From positions 247,531 through 311,530 of the forward strand of contig CAWKJU010000009.1 of the NCBI GenBank assembly GCA_963849955.1: DNA of 64,000 bases, written 5' to 3'. Source of the DNA: an uncultured Cytophagales bacterium (GTDB lineage: Bacteria; Bacteroidota; Bacteroidia; Cytophagales; JAAEPT01). Of the stretch, positions 41,192 to 49,783 are shown one piece after another. Positions within the stretch are counted from its first letter, which is position 1. Every line of letters begins with the position of its first letter. The position numbers were made by a program, and so were the translations under genes. Under the pieces are notes generated by a model. That model was given only the letters and a program-made list of their open reading frames with translations, was not told the DNA's origin and searched no databases.

Positions 41192-41832
41192 TATTTTAAT
41201 TGAACAAATTTTCGTCCTTCAAATACTTTTGTTGCGTTGCCTCTTTCTAAAGACAAGTGCTCTTTCCATAGCTCATCCTCACGCTTTCGGAGGCCATCCA
41301 TTTCATGCTGGCGTACCGCTAACTTTATCTTCTCCAATGCTGCTTTCTTATTTTGAAGTTGTGATTTTGAATCGGTGGCTGTAGCAGTAACTCCTGTAGG
41401 TTTATGGGTTGCTCTTACTGCGGTTTCCACCTTGTTTCGATGTTGTCCACCAGGACCAGAGGCTCGAAATGGCTGAAATTCTACTTCGCTTTCATTAAAG
41501 GTTTGCACCTCCACATCAACAAAAAAGCTAACTCCCACAAACCAATTTTTCCGTTTGTGAAACTTGCGATAAGGACTTTGTCCAATCCACTGAATGGTCC
41601 CTTTCCATGTTGCAAGGGCTTTCTGCACCTCTTTTCCTTCTACTCGAATGGAACATGAATTCAAAGTTCCATGCTCTGTGCCATCACTTTTTTGAAACAC
41701 TTCATAGCCAAACCCATAAGTCCGTATTTCAACAAGTAGTGTTTTTAATACTTGAGCAACTACCCAGCAACATTCAGCAGGACCCTTTCCTGCTGAAATC
41801 TGTATATAGCGTATTTCTCCCTTTTGTTTCAT
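41191..41832 (-). CDS. prfH: peptide chain release factor H-like protein (PrfH), GGQ-motif peptidyl-tRNA hydrolase domain
   Basis: 213 aa with the SGPGGQHRNKVETAVR GGQ block. It lacks the RF codon-recognition N-domain, and it sits immediately downstream of an RtcB paralog. Confidence 0.7.
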   Translation of the reverse strand: MKQKGEIRYIQISAGKGPAECCWVVAQVLKTLLVEIRTYGFGYEVFQKSDGTEHGTLNSCSIRVEGKEVQKALATWKGTIQWIGQSPYRKFHKRKNWFVGVSFFVDVEVQTFNESEVEFQPFRASGPGGQHRNKVETAVRATHKPTGVTATATDSKSQLQNKKAALEKIKLAVRQHEMDGLRKREDELWKEHLSLERGNATKVFEGRKFVQLK

Positions 41833-41837
41833 CGTAT

Positions 41838-43235
41838 TTAGTTTTTATCCATTCTTACAATTTGTGGCATAAATGTTCCGATGATGTCCACTAGCTCTTT
41901 TTGACTTGCCATTACCTGCTCAAGATCTTTGTAAGCAATTGGAGCTTCATCGCTGCCTCCACCAATTAAATCAACTCCGTTTCTGCTCAATATCTTTCGC
42001 ATTTCACTTCCCGAAATCGACTCCTTGGCAGCTTTGCGCGACATTTTCCTTCCTGCACCGTGCGAAGCACTTTGTAAGGATTTTTCATTACCCCTTCCTC
42101 TTACGAGATAACCCGGAGTTGCCATAGAACCAGGTATTATTCCCAACACCCCTTTCCCTGCTGGAGTAGCTCCTTTGCGGTGAATCACTAAATCAGAGTG
42201 GTCTTCTTTCCAGGCAAAATTGTGGTGATTTTCAACCCTCGCAATCGGTTTTATCCCCAAATACTTACTCAAATGAAAATGAATCATATCATGACACGCT
42301 TTCGCATAATCACCTGCTAAATTCATTGACAACCAGTATTCTTGCCCTGCTTCAGTAGCTAAATCCAGCCAGGCTAAGTGATGCGCCTGCCGCGGCAACA
42401 GGCATTCGTCCATCGCGATCCCCATGTAATGTTTCGCGATTGTCGCACCTAATCCCCGGGAGCCTGAATGAGACAATAACCCCACATATTCACCTGGAGC
42501 GATGCCTAAGTCATTTCCATCATGCAAATCAACCAATCCAAACTCCACAAAGTGATTTCCAGAACCTGAGGTTCCTAATTGCTTTGCAGCCCTACCGTGT
42601 AGTTGTTTGAGCAACGCTGTCGATTGAAAATCAGGATGATCCAACACTTCATGTTCTTGTTGAATCCCAAGCTCACCTCCTGTCCCAAAGTTGGTTCTTT
42701 CCTTCAACGCCATTTTGAACTGGTAGCTGTGTCGTTTCAAGTATGCCGCATTGACATCGTAAATGCTTAAACTCATTCTACAGCCGATATCCAACCCAAC
42801 ACCATAGGGAATCACTGCGTTTTCAGTTGCTAATACCCCTCCAATGGGCAAGCCATACCCTTGATGTGCATCGGGCATCATCGCTCCTTTTCTAGCAATG
42901 GGAAGTCGCATGGCCAATTCCATTTGTTGATAGGCATTACTCGTAATATGCTTTCTACCAAACACATTAAAATCACCGCTATTCCTCAATAATTGAATCT
43001 CAATCTTCTTTTTAAGCGCTACTTCGGGTTCAAATTCTTTTGCCAACTCGTGCAAAAACTCATGCCCTAAGTAGTTGTGATAATTTTCCTTTACATCATT
43101 TAATAGTTCTATTTGCTCCTCCTTCGAAGCATGTTTATAATTTTTAGAAATGATACCTACCGCCAGACTTATTGCTCTGTTCGATGCGTATCCAATTAAT
43201 CGAAGGTCTTTGCCTTTTAATTTAATCTTGCCCAT
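41838..43235 (-). CDS. rtcB: RNA ligase RtcB, paralog 2 (RtcB2 type paired with PrfH)
   Basis: 465 aa with MPDAHQGYGLPIGG, GTSGSGNHFVEFG and SHGAGRKMSR blocks. The N-terminal ~100-aa extension is as in PrfH-linked RtcB2. Confidence 0.85.
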   Translation of the reverse strand: MGKIKLKGKDLRLIGYASNRAISLAVGIISKNYKHASKEEQIELLNDVKENYHNYLGHEFLHELAKEFEPEVALKKKIEIQLLRNSGDFNVFGRKHITSNAYQQMELAMRLPIARKGAMMPDAHQGYGLPIGGVLATENAVIPYGVGLDIGCRMSLSIYDVNAAYLKRHSYQFKMALKERTNFGTGGELGIQQEHEVLDHPDFQSTALLKQLHGRAAKQLGTSGSGNHFVEFGLVDLHDGNDLGIAPGEYVGLLSHSGSRGLGATIAKHYMGIAMDECLLPRQAHHLAWLDLATEAGQEYWLSMNLAGDYAKACHDMIHFHLSKYLGIKPIARVENHHNFAWKEDHSDLVIHRKGATPAGKGVLGIIPGSMATPGYLVRGRGNEKSLQSASHGAGRKMSRKAAKESISGSEMRKILSRNGVDLIGGGSDEAPIAYKDLEQVMASQKELVDIIGTFMPQIVRMDKN

Positions 43236-43350
43236 AAAGCATTAATAGTTTGTATAGCATCATAGGTCAGACATGTGTTGTCTGCTATGAGCATTTTTAA
43301 TTTTTAAAATTGTTGGAAGACCAGAAAAAAGAGCATAAAAAAAGTCCTGA

Positions 43351-43382
43351 CGTCTAAGACATCAGGACCGGATTATTCTACT
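43351..43382 (-). terminator. rho-independent terminator downstream of mcrC
   Basis: The minus strand reads gtcctgatg-tcttagac-gtcaggac followed by TTTTTTT. Confidence 0.6.
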
Positions 43383-43656
43383 TACGGTAAATGATTTTAC
43401 CTGTTTCCGGTCTTAGTTGCGATATGGTTGTGCTCTAAAAACATAAGTGACTCCTTTCTTGGATAGAACCAATGACACAAAGGTAAGTGAAGTTTTTTGA
43501 TATTTCCAAAATAAAATTTCAACGCTAGATATTTGATTGGCTAATACTTTTAGAAGAGTCTATGATTTTAGAATAAAACGAAATATTTAAAACAGCGTAA
43601 TCATGATGTATGAACCTTTGTTGGCGGCTAAAGAGTCCAAGAACAATGAATAATGG

Positions 43657-44901
43657 TTATTTAATTAAATCAGACACAAAAGTATCCCCTAAGTCTTTCT
43701 TCAACTTTTTATTCTCATCCAGTACGCTAACATAGTGCATCTCCCCTGTTTGACCTGTCTCTAGTTCACCATTGCCAGTTTGATACTGTCCTTTTGTGTT
43801 TCCAAGAATAGTATCTGCTTTAGGATATAACAAGATCCCTCGTTTGGCATTCCAAAGCTTATTATAGACATAGATTTGCTTTAGGTCATCATCTGATGGT
43901 CGACCATTTAATGGTAGTTTCCATTTTGTATCTATGATATAGGTTGCGTCTCCTTTTTTTATGACAATATCAGGCTTAACTAATTTAGACATATTGGAAG
44001 TCGATGAACTCCAGAACGTTTTCTGTTTCTGGCCATAAACAACAACTCCTTCTTCTTTATTTTTTTGAAGCGATCTTAAAATGTACTCCTCCCAAAGTTT
44101 GTTCATATCAAAAAGTAGTGCGAGCATCTTTTCATTGCCACCTGCTATATCAGGTGAATAGTTTAGCAAGATCAATCGTGCTAATTCTAAAGCTCGGGCG
44201 TATGGTACTGTTTTTCTGTTTAAGGTAATAGCTTCTAATTGCTGTTGGGTGATTCGCTTTCGATCTAATTCGGGAAAACTAAACTGTGTACGTTTGCATT
44301 TGTCCTGCAAAAACGTCCCTTTTGTACACTGATCTACTACACACAAAGCTTCATTTAATATATAGTGTAGTTCGTGTTCGTGGTCATACACTTGGTGTGT
44401 GGTATAAAATCGTTCTTTGTGTACTAGATTTGAGCGAATGTGTGTACTGAATTCCAGTCTTCCTTTTAACGCCTTTACATTGCCCGTTTGCTTTCGATAC
44501 TTTTTAACTAACCCTGTGTGTACAAGCTGATTGATCTCATTTAAATAGAAATCAAAGTACAGGTCGAGTAAATTTAAATTTTGTTTTCGCACCAAAGCAT
44601 CGCCATAGGTATCTGCATTGAGTTTCTTACACACCTTCAACATGTCGATGAGTACGGTTCTCCAATCCGTTTTTTCATCCGACTTATTGATTTTAGGAAG
44701 TATTTCTATGATTAGGTCATCAACCTGAATTACTCCTACATACTGCGAAAACCGTATCCCATTATGGATAACCGTAAAATAGTTACCACCATGTAGTTCA
44801 TTGAGTTTTATCAAGGCTTTCCAGTGTTTGTCTTCAAACCCTTTCTGCCCTACTCTCAGCGAATCATATTCATATACTGGTATCGTATCGGGTTTTGACA
44901 T
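43657..44901 (-). CDS. mcrC: 5-methylcytosine-specific restriction system subunit McrC (PD-(D/E)XK nuclease)
   Basis: 414 aa, directly downstream of the McrB-like GTPase (1-nt gap). The C-terminal nuclease block is KPDIVIKKGDATYIIDTKWK (D...D/E-x-K). Confidence 0.7.
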   Translation of the reverse strand: MSKPDTIPVYEYDSLRVGQKGFEDKHWKALIKLNELHGGNYFTVIHNGIRFSQYVGVIQVDDLIIEILPKINKSDEKTDWRTVLIDMLKVCKKLNADTYGDALVRKQNLNLLDLYFDFYLNEINQLVHTGLVKKYRKQTGNVKALKGRLEFSTHIRSNLVHKERFYTTHQVYDHEHELHYILNEALCVVDQCTKGTFLQDKCKRTQFSFPELDRKRITQQQLEAITLNRKTVPYARALELARLILLNYSPDIAGGNEKMLALLFDMNKLWEEYILRSLQKNKEEGVVVYGQKQKTFWSSSTSNMSKLVKPDIVIKKGDATYIIDTKWKLPLNGRPSDDDLKQIYVYNKLWNAKRGILLYPKADTILGNTKGQYQTGNGELETGQTGEMHYVSVLDENKKLKKDLGDTFVSDLIK

Positions 44902-44903
44902 GA

Positions 44904-46937
44904 CTAGAACTTAATACCCTTCAAAGCTTCCTCAAACTCAACATTTGACATGTGTGAGACATTTTTCAAGTGATAAACATTACCTTCAAATGAAATATCT
45001 GCATTTATGGCAAATGCCACTGAAGAGACTTCTTTTTTGGGTTCAAAAAAACCAGCCCCAAGTACCAACTCAATTTTGCTGTAATCGCCATAAAAGTACT
45101 CCTGTAACAATGGTATTATCTTATCTGAAAAAACATCCTGTAAATCTTTAAGTGTTTCAACATTCATAAAAAAAGCATGACCAATGGTATGATCTCTATC
45201 TACTAATACTTCAATTCTGTCATTTATTACACTCAATAAATTTTGAAGATTAATCCCGTGAAAATCTACCTTTAGCTCATTTGGATCTGGTAACATTTCA
45301 TGGAAAGAAAACCTTCTTCTCAAAGCAGTATCTAAGGCCTCTACACTTCGATCAGCCGTGTTCATGGTTCCTATTATGTGTACATTGGGTGGTACACTAA
45401 ATGTTTTTTTTGAATATGGTAAGGTTACCGAGAGTTCATTTTTCATTCCTTCTCTCTTATCATCCTCAATTAGCGTGATTAACTCCCCAAAAATTTGAGA
45501 AACGTTCCCCCTATTAATTTCATCAATGAATATAGCGTATTGATTACTTATGTCTTTTCTAGCCTTCAAACATAGTTTTTTAAAAACACCATCTTCAAGA
45601 ATGTAACCTACGTCATTATCAGTATCATCTAAAACAGGTTTTATACCTTCTATAAAGTCTTCATAACTATATGACTGATGGAAAGTAATGAATGAATACC
45701 TTTTAATTACAACATCATTCTCTTCTGTGAATCCCTTTATCTTTTCGTGTATAGCCAATAATTCTGGCGCTTGTTGTTCAATTTCAGTTTGAATAATCTC
45801 CCAATGTTTATCGTCAGTTTTATTAAAAAACTGTGGACTCGACCTTTTTGCCACTTTTACTGTTTCACATGCATCAACTGTATGTGCTTGAAGTTGCCCC
45901 CATATTGTTGGAGTAACAGTCGTAGAATTTGATATTGAAGCTTTATATTTCACATACTCATGTTCATGAATATCAGCGACTTTAGCTTTCCCTATTTCTA
46001 AAACAGCCAAAGCAATTACCTCCCACCATGATTTATCTACAAGTAGTGCTTTTACAAAATCGTTTTTGCTAACTGATGCTTTTTCTGAGGTGAAAAGTGG
46101 GAAATACTCCTTACTTAACTTGTATGTTTTCCCCGTACCCGGAGGACCATATAGAATTTGATTTAAAGGTATTTTCACATCAGGTTTGTTTTCGTTCATA
46201 GCTCCCATAAGCCTCTCATAAAATGTTTCAAAATTGGGGTGATCTGATTTGTATTCTGTTATGTCTGTTAATGTTTTAAGGACAAGGTCAAAGTCTAATT
46301 TCCAAACTCCTTTTTTAATCCATTTAACATCCCTACGCTTTTGATAGGTCTTTTTTGTTGAATCGTAATAGTAATCAGAAGTCACTTCTCCATAACCTAA
46401 CAACGTACGTCTTCCTTTTTTTACGATGACAATGTCTCCAACAGACAAACCTTCTTTGAACTCATAATTTGATGTAGCGTCATTCTTTTTAGAACCATCC
46501 GTTTGTTCTAACTCCTGAAGTTTTGTAACTATTTCAGCTTTACTTGAATACTCATTTAAATCACCTAGTTCATCAAACCCTAAGCCCATCACTCCCTCAT
46601 GATAAAACTCGTCCCACAAGTCAGCATTTTGCCCAGGGGCGTATAACCAATATTTCATATTTACCTTTTTTTGTCCCTTCGTGCCTTTTTTTGAAACTTG
46701 TAAACCTATTCTATTATAAAAAGCATTTGTTTGATTTCCAGCACTAAATTCGGAAGGGTTTAACTCTACTCCATTTGCAAACTTATTGGCTATTGAAAGC
46801 ACATATTTTGGAGGATACTCCTCTCCTTCATATTTTAAATAGTGAGTATACGACTTACGAGAATCTGGAACACCCTCTCTCTTAATTTCCGCAATTGCAC
46901 TAAGAATATGTTCTTTGGTTATATTGTCTGGAATCAT
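44904..46937 (-). CDS. mcrB: McrB-family GTPase (AAA+), with two N-terminal putative modified-DNA reader domains
   Basis: 677 aa. Walker A is ILYGPPGTGKT, Walker B/sensor is IFIDEINRGNVSQIFGELITLIE, and the McrB-type C-terminal half is present. Its N-terminus contains YTHYLKYEGEEYPPKYVLSIANKF, then an EVE/PUA-like block (KYWLYAPGQNADLWDEFYHEGVMGLGFD ... VGDIVIVKKGRRTLLGYGEVTSDYYYD). Confidence 0.75.
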   Translation of the reverse strand: MIPDNITKEHILSAIAEIKREGVPDSRKSYTHYLKYEGEEYPPKYVLSIANKFANGVELNPSEFSAGNQTNAFYNRIGLQVSKKGTKGQKKVNMKYWLYAPGQNADLWDEFYHEGVMGLGFDELGDLNEYSSKAEIVTKLQELEQTDGSKKNDATSNYEFKEGLSVGDIVIVKKGRRTLLGYGEVTSDYYYDSTKKTYQKRRDVKWIKKGVWKLDFDLVLKTLTDITEYKSDHPNFETFYERLMGAMNENKPDVKIPLNQILYGPPGTGKTYKLSKEYFPLFTSEKASVSKNDFVKALLVDKSWWEVIALAVLEIGKAKVADIHEHEYVKYKASISNSTTVTPTIWGQLQAHTVDACETVKVAKRSSPQFFNKTDDKHWEIIQTEIEQQAPELLAIHEKIKGFTEENDVVIKRYSFITFHQSYSYEDFIEGIKPVLDDTDNDVGYILEDGVFKKLCLKARKDISNQYAIFIDEINRGNVSQIFGELITLIEDDKREGMKNELSVTLPYSKKTFSVPPNVHIIGTMNTADRSVEALDTALRRRFSFHEMLPDPNELKVDFHGINLQNLLSVINDRIEVLVDRDHTIGHAFFMNVETLKDLQDVFSDKIIPLLQEYFYGDYSKIELVLGAGFFEPKKEVSSVAFAINADISFEGNVYHLKNVSHMSNVEFEEALKGIKF

Positions 46938-46977
46938 TTTATCAAAAATAAATTCATTTTAAATATATTTATAACGC

Positions 46978-47925
46978 TTAGGTTAACTCATCATGAATAT
47001 CTTTAGTGAATTTTGACAAAGGCTGATGTAAGAAATCATCTTCATTCAATGATTTCCCAAAAATATATTCATATACATCCTGATCACTATGAAATAAATT
47101 AGGAAAAGCTGTCTTTACTTCTTCTATATAACCATTCGGATGCAAATCTTTCTTCCTTAAAATATAATGCAACTCTCTATAATGAATAGAATATTGATCA
47201 TTTAATCTAAAAAGCTCAATACTTTTACGAATTTTGCTCGCTTTTTTTGTGAACGGTGACAATAAATTCAATTGAATATTTACACCTTCTCCACCTTTTA
47301 AACTATCGTAGGTTTTTGGAATGAAGCTAAACTTCGCATCATTACCGAACCCATCCTTGTAAGGATAAATAAAATCTCTAAGATTTGTATCTTTATATTG
47401 TTTTGCTTTTTGGTTACATGTACCACACGATGGAATAAGATTGTAGAAATGAAACCTAAAATATGGATACTTCGACTTACTTAAAAAATGATCAAAATCT
47501 GCTCTAAAAAACCTCTCTTTGTCTGTACCAATAGTTGATATATAATTTCTATTGCAATATGGACAACAGTGTATATCTAAAATTTTTAAGATTTCATAAG
47601 ATTTCCATTTATCGTAACTGGAATAAAAAAACACCTTATCAATTGATTTTTTTAATTCACTTTTGTCATTGTTCTTCAACCAATATTCTCGCTGAAAAAG
47701 TTTAGTAAGAATCACATTATGCTTCCGAAATGAATATTCCAAGTTATTAATCAAAAAATCCTTTAAGTTATGCTTCAAATAAAAATAAAGTGATTGACCA
47801 TTTCCTACTCTATATTTCTTTAGAATAGGATACTCATTTTTTAAATTAGTTTCAACTTTCTTTTCAACAGTTCGCAAAAAGAAGCTTGATGCATCCTTGT
47901 GATTTAAATAGTTTATTTTAATCAT
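46978..47925 (-). CDS. ptuB: HNH endonuclease (Septu PtuB-like)
   Basis: 315 aa with HNH/Zn motif CCPYCNRNY...DFDHFLSKSKYPYF...FYNLIPSCGTCNQKAK. It overlaps the upstream ATPase gene by 4 nt (ATGA). Confidence 0.5.
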   Translation of the reverse strand: MIKINYLNHKDASSFFLRTVEKKVETNLKNEYPILKKYRVGNGQSLYFYLKHNLKDFLINNLEYSFRKHNVILTKLFQREYWLKNNDKSELKKSIDKVFFYSSYDKWKSYEILKILDIHCCPYCNRNYISTIGTDKERFFRADFDHFLSKSKYPYFRFHFYNLIPSCGTCNQKAKQYKDTNLRDFIYPYKDGFGNDAKFSFIPKTYDSLKGGEGVNIQLNLLSPFTKKASKIRKSIELFRLNDQYSIHYRELHYILRKKDLHPNGYIEEVKTAFPNLFHSDQDVYEYIFGKSLNEDDFLHQPLSKFTKDIHDELT

Positions 47926-49739
47926 TCCAATTCAGCAATTTTTTTTTGATAATATTCTTTAAGCGACTTTTTTGGGTTGTTAGAAGTTACACTATGCAGC
48001 ATTTGTAAAAGTTTAGAACGTACTACATCATCACCAATAATTTCAATAAGTTTTAAAATTGATTCTTTTTCATCTACAATATTATTACTAGCCAATTGAT
48101 CACCCTCGTATATTGCTTTGTGAAATTTACTAATAACATCATTAATCTTAGCCTTAGCAAATTCACCAATTAACCCTCCTTCTAAAAAAAATGAGTCTTT
48201 ATAAAGTGAATGGATATTTGCTCCAAACGTTTCTGGTTTTTCAGTTCCAGATCTCCCTAAATAAATAACGTTATCGCCTGGAATATCCGATAACATGATT
48301 GGTGAGTGAGTAGTGAAGATCATATGTACATATTGATCAACACCTCCAAATATCCAATTTATCGATTTTAGAAAATCATTCATAAATCTCTTTTGCCATT
48401 GTGGATTCAGATATGTATCAGGTTCATCGATGAGTAAGATACATTTATTGTGAAATCGATGTGAATGAAGTTTCAGCCTACTATAAATGTTAAATAGTGC
48501 AATTTCACCACTACTTAAGCCTGACCATTTAAACTTCATTAAAGAAAATGTAGAAGCCCCACTCCTTGGTTTTCCATATTTATCAATCCAATCATTTGAT
48601 TCATCAAATAATTGGAAAGCTTTTTTAAGAAATTTTAAATTTTCCGCATTCACATGACCTTTCGAATCGAATAATTCAATTACAATCGCTGTATCATCTT
48701 TTTTTCTACCTATAAATGGTGAACCAGAAAGATCATTTTTAATAGAAAAATCGGACAATTCATGTATAAAAAGATTTCTAATTTCATCTAAAACACTAGT
48801 CGAAACATTGTGTTTTTTTAGTAAATACTTAAAATCTCTATCATAATCCTTTGATTCAAATGGAATCTTTTCACCATTATTAACATCTATTTTTTCTAAA
48901 TCAGATAAAACTTGATTTATATCTTTTTCTTTAAAAATTATTGCTGAAAAAAAAACCCAATTAAGTATGAATTTTAAAGAATTACTCAAATCACCTTTTA
49001 ATTTCCGTAGTCCATTTATAGTAAGTTGATTTAATCTTTTATACTGTTCTGGAGTTAGATTTTTACTCTTTGTTAGATAATTAAATGTGATTTCTATTGC
49101 TTTAGGGAGCTTAAATGGTGGACTCCCAAACAAATCTGACCCCTTCAGTTCAAAAACCTCTAATCCATTAATTAATTCAGCAATTTTATAATCAATTACC
49201 TTCATTGATCTCAAAAAATAATCAGTTGAAAGATTAAAATAATTAGGATATGAAGAGTCTTTAGATGTATGAAAATCAATACTCATTTCTCCATCAAAAA
49301 TATTAGACAAAAAAATCACAGAAAGATCATTATGCTTATTTACAAGATGTTTCTTTTCATCTTTCAAGTTGTTAATATTTGGTTCTAATTCCTTAAAATC
49401 AGAGTTTATATTTAGCTCTATAGATTCATGGTGATATACCTCTAACTTACCATTAACCTTACAAATAAAGACACTTACTTGTTCTGATGGAAATGTGAAT
49501 TCTGAAACAATAGCGTCTAAAACACTTGTTTTCCCACTGCCATTACTTCCGACTATAGCCGTAACTTTTGTTCTTTCACCAAAAATTTCAAAAGACTCTT
49601 TTAACGAAACAAGATTTAAATTAATTTTTAATCCATTATTGTCATCCACTGTACTTTTAAAAACATAATCAGATGAAAAATTTAATTCAAGCCCCTTTTT
49701 ATCATGAATATACTCACGCCATAAATACACTAACTCCAT
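47922..49739 (-). CDS. ptuA: AAA_15/AAA_21-type ABC-like ATPase (Septu PtuA-like)
   Basis: 605 aa. N-terminal Walker A is AIVGSNGSGKTSVLDAI. C-terminal Walker B/H-loop is CILLIDEPDTYLNP ... HMIFTTHSPIML. An HNH partner lies immediately downstream. Confidence 0.55.
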   Translation of the reverse strand: MELVYLWREYIHDKKGLELNFSSDYVFKSTVDDNNGLKINLNLVSLKESFEIFGERTKVTAIVGSNGSGKTSVLDAIVSEFTFPSEQVSVFICKVNGKLEVYHHESIELNINSDFKELEPNINNLKDEKKHLVNKHNDLSVIFLSNIFDGEMSIDFHTSKDSSYPNYFNLSTDYFLRSMKVIDYKIAELINGLEVFELKGSDLFGSPPFKLPKAIEITFNYLTKSKNLTPEQYKRLNQLTINGLRKLKGDLSNSLKFILNWVFFSAIIFKEKDINQVLSDLEKIDVNNGEKIPFESKDYDRDFKYLLKKHNVSTSVLDEIRNLFIHELSDFSIKNDLSGSPFIGRKKDDTAIVIELFDSKGHVNAENLKFLKKAFQLFDESNDWIDKYGKPRSGASTFSLMKFKWSGLSSGEIALFNIYSRLKLHSHRFHNKCILLIDEPDTYLNPQWQKRFMNDFLKSINWIFGGVDQYVHMIFTTHSPIMLSDIPGDNVIYLGRSGTEKPETFGANIHSLYKDSFFLEGGLIGEFAKAKINDVISKFHKAIYEGDQLASNNIVDEKESILKLIEIIGDDVVRSKLLQMLHSVTSNNPKKSLKEYYQKKIAELE

Positions 49740-49783
49740 ATTTCAAAATTTACAAAATCCATTTTTTACAAAACACCCTTAAA

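Noticed and set aside
43236-43656. 420-bp gap upstream of rtcB2 searched for a sigma-54 (TGGCAC-N5-TTGC) promoter and an RtcR-like activator gene.
   Set aside because: No convincing -24/-12 element and no RtcR/CARF-type gene was seen nearby. Only a start-codon-spanning palindrome was noted.
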